Shown here piece after piece: positions 36,275-42,023 of a stretch of DNA of 42,023 bases. Made by a program: the position numbers and the translations under genes. Origin of the DNA: Phoronis australis (taxonomy: Eukaryota > Animalia > Phoronida); assembly GCA_002633005.1 (NCBI GenBank), contig NMRA01001187.1:1-42023 (forward strand). Direction: 5' to 3'. Positions within the stretch are counted from its first letter, which is position 1; each line of letters begins with the position of its first letter. The notes under the pieces were generated by a model. That model was not told the origin of the DNA. It did no database searches and saw nothing but the letters and a program-made list of their open reading frames with translations.

Positions 36275-38796
36275 GCGTGCGTTCAGTAGACGCTAGGACC
36301 TACGCCAGGACCTAGCTTAAAGTCCCTATAAAATGAGCCAACTGCCTTTTAGATATGTTAAATACATGTACTTTTGTGCAACATATCTTTGTTTCGTTTT
36401 ATTCCACACAACCACTAACTAATTACTACGCATTTTGTGCCCCCCATATTATGTGACCCCATCAGAAACCCCTTTTATTCTCTCGACGAATCACAGTAGA
36501 CTGGCCTATTGACATCATCGTTGAGAACGAGCAACACATTACCGCGCTAACCACAACTTGTAGTGAGCACCTGATCGGCTGCTGGGACAGTAAAAAACAA
36601 AGTAGTTTTGCTCAAGGAACGTCACCAATTAGAAACATCGCATCAATGTCGACTGATAATGCAATATTACTAAGCAAAACAATGGTGTCAGGCAAAGCAC
36701 CCTTCGAACCGAACAGCGGCGTAGATCTCGGATAGGGTCTGCCATCGATTCACTCACGACCCACGACGAACCAATTTTCGAAGTATTTGTACCCACGTAA
36801 AAGGTCCTACAACAGCTACGTTTCGTACTGAATCTGACAACGGCAAACTTACCGAACTCTGTGGTGGAAAAAGTACTTATTTTTCACGTAAGATGTCTTG
36901 ATTATCCACTAACAATATCCTCGGCGATAAATCACCGCGACATGGTCGGTACAATTTTATGCGATCGTGGCTCAGAAATGTCGTCAATTAACGGTGTGGG
37001 TGAATGTAGCCTACGTCTCTTTTTTATCGCAAAAAGAACAAACGTAAAGATGACAACCCTTGGCTGTTACTTGCCAAACGACGGTCACAACTTGTCTTGC
37101 ATCAGAATGAAAGTAAGTCGTCAACAAATTCTCAAGCCCTCTTTGCTGGGACAGCACGCGCGGCATATATATGAGTCATCTGTCACTCACATGTTGCAGG
37201 CAATGTATCACGTACTCCAGCGGTGAGAACGTAGAGGTGCACACCTCCCAAGTCGCACATCAAAAGAGTACGGCGGCCGTTCTAAATAAAATATTGCACT
37301 GGCTTGGCTCGATTAAGTGCTTGGGTGCATATACTCGAATCCACGTGACCATAAGATGAGCGCTGATTCAACTTGAGTTTTGTGGCACATTCTTTGAAAT
37401 CTAACATCGGCCGGGAAAGGGTGCACTTATGAACCCCGCACGTGAACGTCAGGCAATACGGCTTTGGGTACACTTTGGAGGCACGCACTGAAAAAAGGGT
37501 ACAGTCAGCATGTCGATGGGTTGCACTATGACAGGAACGGCGTATTTCCCTGATTTCAAAGTATAAAATGCCTTGTGCAATTGGTCTTTCAAATCGAACA
37601 CTAGTTTAAATATGACAACCTATTCGCAGCGCTAACTTAGTTTGTGCTCAATATTTTGTTTCCACCTCAATCGCACTTAGATTTTCCTGCAGGTCTCACT
37701 AATCGGCGTGCAGATAGCTGCGTCAGTTACGGGTTAAGTTTCGTATGCCTTGTGTAAAATGCCTTTGTCTTCAAATGACGGTCCGTAGCGAGTTCCGTGA
37801 CAATTGGCCGGTAAGTTTCCCCTTACTCGTATTCCTCTGGCTTGAACATACAAGGCGCTAATCCATCCAAACGTTGTTCCTACATTTTCTTAATCTTCCA
37901 TTTCGCAGTACTTTTCATTGAACGTCCGTCCATTGCAAGGTATTAGCCCTTTACTTTTCTAACCCAAGTGCGAAAAGTCTCGGGTCATTCTTTTTCATCG
38001 TGCTGCGAGTGAGCTTTTCGCTTCGTTAAGATGTGTAACGCCGACTTACTCCCCGACATAATCCCGTAATTATCACGGAGCGACTACAAACAAATTTACT
38101 TCTCCGGTACACGCATTCCACCAGCATGTCGCCGTGGGTCCGACAAATCTCCATTCATTGCAAACCTGTCCCCCAATGCACGCAGGGTCCCTGTTTGTTA
38201 AATCTGTTCGTTAAACCCCGACGTCTTTGTGAATAAGTATTTGATGTTAGACTGAGTAAGTGGTCCCCACCGAGAACGCGCTACTGTCTTTGGCGACGCT
38301 AAACTATCAAGGGACAGTAGGATATTATATGCACGTGGAAGTGTCGAGATAAGTGTCGTATAGTATTTGAGCTTGGTTGTCTCTAACAGTTGTAATTTTG
38401 AAAATCTGTGACTTGAAATATGCACCAGACACTGTAAGGTAAGCTTCCTGTGGCAACGGACTGTTCGATAGGTATTGGGTATCAACGATGACGTCATTTG
38501 CGTCGATTAGAACGAGCGCCACCTAATTTTTTTTTCGGCGCTAAATGGGGTTCATGATGGGGTCGTACGATAGTAATTGGCGTAATTAGCTAATGCCAGG
38601 AGTAAAGGGAGGGATGATATGTTTGTTTCGATCAATGATACAGATATTTAACATGTTCAAAAGTCATTTGGCCGTTATGTAGGGTCTTTAAATGTAGCCA
38701 GAGTCACATGTTCTCATTTGAAACACACGGCAATATCTCACGTAATCTCGCGAAGTCTTGCTTTTTAGCGAGGTCCTAGCGTTACTGAACGGGAGG
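36275..38796 (-). mobile_element. Harbinger-type MITE (same family as 1564-1714) split into 36275-36320 and 38692-38796 by a Kolobok insertion
   Basis: The two halves joined at one TTAA reproduce the reverse complement of 1564-1714; CGG TSD at 36272-36274 and 38797-38799. Confidence 0.88.
36321..38687. mobile_element. Kolobok-type element (family D), 2367 bp, imperfect TIRs, unidentified interior
   Basis: TTAA|AGTCCCTATAAAATGAGCCAACTG...ATGTTAAATA versus TATTTAACATG...TTGGCCGTTATGTAGGGTCT|TTAA. Weaker inverted similarity extends ~150 bp (AATTACTA...GACCCCATCA..AACCCC). The boundaries are supported by the empty-site MITE. Confidence 0.85.
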
Positions 38797-39039
38797 CGGG
38801 ACTGCCATCTAAAGGAGTTTTTTAGTGAGTGAGAACGAATAAACAATGTGATCAGAAAGTTGTTTGACAAAATAAGTCAAGTTTGATCAATTAAGTCTGA
38901 CGCACGTCTAAACCCATTTACCCATTGTTGTGAAGGCCTTCAGACAATACAGATCAAGTTCAAGTTACTAAATTGTTTTATTTTCACTCATCTACTACAG
39001 TTTAGACGTGTGTGACAAGCCTCCAAGATGCACCGAGAA

Positions 39040-40000
39040 AATGAAGTCCCACTGACAAGAAAGGAGCTGAAGGAGCTAGAAGCGTTGTTGGTGAACAGAA
39101 ATGAACTACGCCATGCCATGTTAGATGGAATGTCTGCGACTCAAGTTAAGCAAAAACTGCACGGTTTAAATCATATTTGGCACACGTATTAAGATTGTTA
39201 CAAAGAAATAATTAAAGCATGGCAGAAGCAGTCTGATGTTGAAGCTCTCTTCTAAGATTTACTAAGAAAAAGAGACATAAGTCGTGACACTTCAGAAAAG
39301 AGTGGAAACCTGGCTTGAGAAGCAACCAGTCCAAGACGATTCTGAAGATGTTGTTGTTTGTTGTGCAGCTTGCTATCTGTAAAACAGCACTGGAAGAAGT
39401 TGGGTATTTGGTAATGTTAGAGAACCTAGATAACATGAAAAGGCTGATTGCTCGTCTACCATTTGATGTCCAGAAGCGGTGGCGAACCAAGGCAGACTAA
39501 ATACAAGAAGCAGCATTGAGACAGCCTACTTTGGAAGACATCTATGAGTTTGTGAGCAGGGAGGTTCGAGTCCTGTCACATCCAGTTTTCGGAGAAATCA
39601 CGGAAAACCCTACGCCTGGAAAGGCTCCTACAAAGCCAAGTCATTTGGCACTAAGATACCATGTCCAGCCTGCAAGGAGGCCCATTTCCTTGACAAGTGT
39701 CCTTCTCTTCAGTCAATAAGCCTTGCAAACAGACAAGAGATGATTCAGGAGAGACGGCTGTGTTTCAGCTGTCTGAAGATGAATGTAGAATGTAGAAGCA
39801 CAGTCCGTTGCAAAGGGTGCACTAAAAGGTACAACACGCTGTTGCACTCCTACGAAACCTCAACGCCGCCGGCAGGTTCATCACAAAATCAGGACAGTGC
39901 TGCTGTCCAAATGACTGCTACAAACGGCCACGTGCGAACGACTGGTGAATTTGTTAGCTTGCGCATTGTACCCGTCAAGGTTAAAACTGGTACCCCTTGT
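39040..40000 (+). mobile_element. BEL/Pao LTR retrotransposon gag remnant
   Basis: Reads LENLDNMKRLIARLPFDVQKRWR...PTLEDIYEFVSRE...HPVFG, then three zinc knuckles CPACKEAHFLDKC, LCFSCL and CKGCTKRYNTLLH, then the pre-protease LRIVPVKV. It has stops and frameshifts; no LTR was identified. Confidence 0.85.
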
Positions 40001-40062
40001 CACAATTTGCTCAGACTTTGCATATGATTTTGGTTACATGACCAGTGGCGGATTTAGGGGGN

Positions 40063-40330
40063 CCAATCTCCGTACTCAGACTCGAATCATGCTCAAACTC
40101 ACACTTCATACTCAACTCGAGTACAGACTCAGCTTTGGTGTATTCAATGTCATACTCCAAAAATCTGTACTCAAAATTTCAAGCACGTACTCAGTTTTCG
40201 AGTGTACTCGAACTGAAGTGTATCTCATCTATATTTCGAGTACGAGTTTGAGTAAAAATTCGGAGTCTATGCTCAAATTTCAAGTTTGGTATGGCAGTGT
40301 GCTTGAAATCGTACTCGAAAATAAATACGA
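40063..40330. repeat. ACTCGA/ACTCA motif array, probable relative of the MITE at 29892-30269
   Basis: Starts CCAATC...TACTC like that MITE's TIR interior and has many (GT)ACTC(G)A motifs on both strands. It follows a hAT-like end at 40043-40062. Confidence 0.5.
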
Positions 40331-40832
40331 GCCAGAGAACAAAATATCGAAAGGGATTCAAGAAACACAGCAAATCTAAAAAACAAGTCCTCTTACCGTA
40401 TCTCAGCACTTCAATTTCAGTTCAGAGATAATAGTTTTCATCTTAAATCTTCTTATTCTTCACCTTATTAACCCGCCGTATCACTGTATGTTAAGGCCGC
40501 CATTCTACCTCTACAATTCCTGGCAACAGGCGCATTGTAATCCCTTGTCGGCGAGTCATAACAAGCGTCGAAAGCAGTTGTGGGAAAAGTTGTGTGAGAA
40601 GTTTGTGCTGCACTTATTTCTTTATGTGTGCCTACGTTTTGCAGGGTTTCCAAAAGACGAGGAGGGGAGGGAAGTTAAAAACAGTTCGCTTCCCTGTCAG
40701 GTACATTTCTCATCATAACTTAGTCATCTATAATTCCTCCATCCCCAAATGGAATTCCAGATTTTGTTTGCCGTTTTCTAAGTAGACGTCTCGTCCCGTT
40801 CACTGCCACTGGTGAACTCTGGATGCCTGCAC

Positions 40833-41710
40833 CATAGACTATAGATAGGGACTGTCAACTCCCGTTAGAGCGCGTTGCGCATGTCGCGGACGTGCGACGC
40901 AGAATGGTGAATGTTGGCCAAATCCCCTTTTGTCCACTGACGTCACACGCATGCTGGCGCCCCCCAATGGAGGTTAGGAGACTTTGCACTGGTAGCCTGC
41001 CCTTGTAGAATCTGCAGTTTGTTTACACAACTGGTAACTCGACTCAGGGTGATGACTGATATCATTTGTATCAAACAAAGATACTCTATACCGATACATT
41101 TGCTTGTATTCCAGGCCACGGACAGTGCTGTTCTTGAATGGAATTATTTACGGATTTTTAGGCAAACCTTTCGCAAATGCAACTCGCCGACTTAGAATGA
41201 ACAAAACATACCATTTTGGTCGACATAACTTTCAATATTTTAATATGAAAAACAAAATAACCGAATGCTCGGCCGCATTCAACTCACAGGCAGCAGGCGT
41301 CTTATCACTGCCGTAAATCATGAGAAGCTCAAACGTAGGTTTTACACAACCTCTGCATACTTAAGTATCGTGGCCATTTGCAGTAGGCCCCAGTACCCGC
41401 GGACGCAGGACTCAGTTCATACACTCAACCGAGCAAAATTATCAACATGTATCATGCCGCAACCTCAGAATTCCCTATGTAACATACCACAAAAACATTC
41501 TTAATTCTTAGATTTTGAGGATTGACGAAAGTCACGATACATAGAATTATCCGCAAATCTGTGACTTGTCTGATGCTACTTGGTCCGTATTGATAGACTA
41601 AATCAGTGATTAACTCGGTTTACGAGTTCTCATGGCCTCCACTGGGGGCGCCAGCATGCGTGTGATGTCAGTGGACAAAAGGGGATTTGGCCAACATTCA
41701 CCGTTCTGCG
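40833..41710. mobile_element. Non-autonomous TIR element with ~77-bp inverted arms (40898-40974 / 41635-41710); right terminus lost or interrupted
   Basis: CGCAGAA.GGTGAATGTTGGCCAAATCCCCTTTTGTCCACTGAC.TCACACGCATGCTGGCGCCCCC is present inverted. The left end begins CATAGACTATAGATAG (P-element-like, tentative). Confidence 0.7.
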
Positions 41711-41739
41711 GACCACGGGACATAAGCAAGGTACCTAAA

Positions 41740-41930
41740 CTACACGGTCAACGGACTCAAAAACACGGGAACGGACGCATGAACACGACTCACGTACCGG
41801 CAAACACCGTCCACTGACTCACAAACACGGGAACGGACTCACAAAACACGATCCACGCACCCAAATACACGGGACACGGACTCATATTCACGAAGAAACA
41901 CGGTTAACGGACCGCCAAACACGATCCACG
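41740..41930. repeat. Degenerate tandem repeat of AAACACGGGAACGGACTCAC / AAACACGATCCACGC units
   Basis: About ten ACACG/ACACC-anchored units of roughly 17-21 bp are visible. Confidence 0.75.
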
Positions 41931-42023
41931 CCGATAAAGCATGCCATAAGGTGGCACTGAATAGTTAGGCTGCGGCCGCGGCCAATTTGCACTGCCAAAA
42001 TATAGAAATTTTGGGGTAGGCCA

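Noticed and set aside
36480-40000. Viral envelope gene captured by the adjacent BEL/Pao element
   Set aside because: The 36.3-38.7 kb block has its own TIRs and TTAA TSD, lies upstream of gag rather than after pol, and shows no recognisable glycoprotein features.

Overview
This is repeat-dense eukaryotic (invertebrate-looking, AT-rich) genomic DNA with one assembly gap (21183-21535). The only intact host gene I can support is a three-exon, + strand Ly6/uPAR three-finger gene (quiver/sleepless-like; signal peptide, 10 Cys, GPI-type tail; CDS 22676-22727, 24627-24785, 25753-25967; 141 aa). Almost everything else is decayed or non-autonomous mobile DNA. There are several TTAA-flanked Kolobok-type elements, two of them in tandem sharing one TTAA and one nested in a MITE whose empty-site version is in the same window. 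Also present: an intron-containing hAT (THAP12/ZMYM1-like) transposase pseudogene disrupted by a minisatellite, a Tc1/mariner remnant, PIF/Harbinger and hAT-type MITEs, an ISL2EU-like element, L2/RTEX-like and RNase H-bearing LINE fragments, a BEL/Pao gag remnant, and a Penelope-type minimal hammerhead ribozyme antisense in the Ly6 intron. All calls were made by eye; family names rest on motifs and target-site duplications (TSDs), not database searches. I found no convincing novel multi-gene system. The most unusual items are structural features of the Kolobok elements and the ribozyme.
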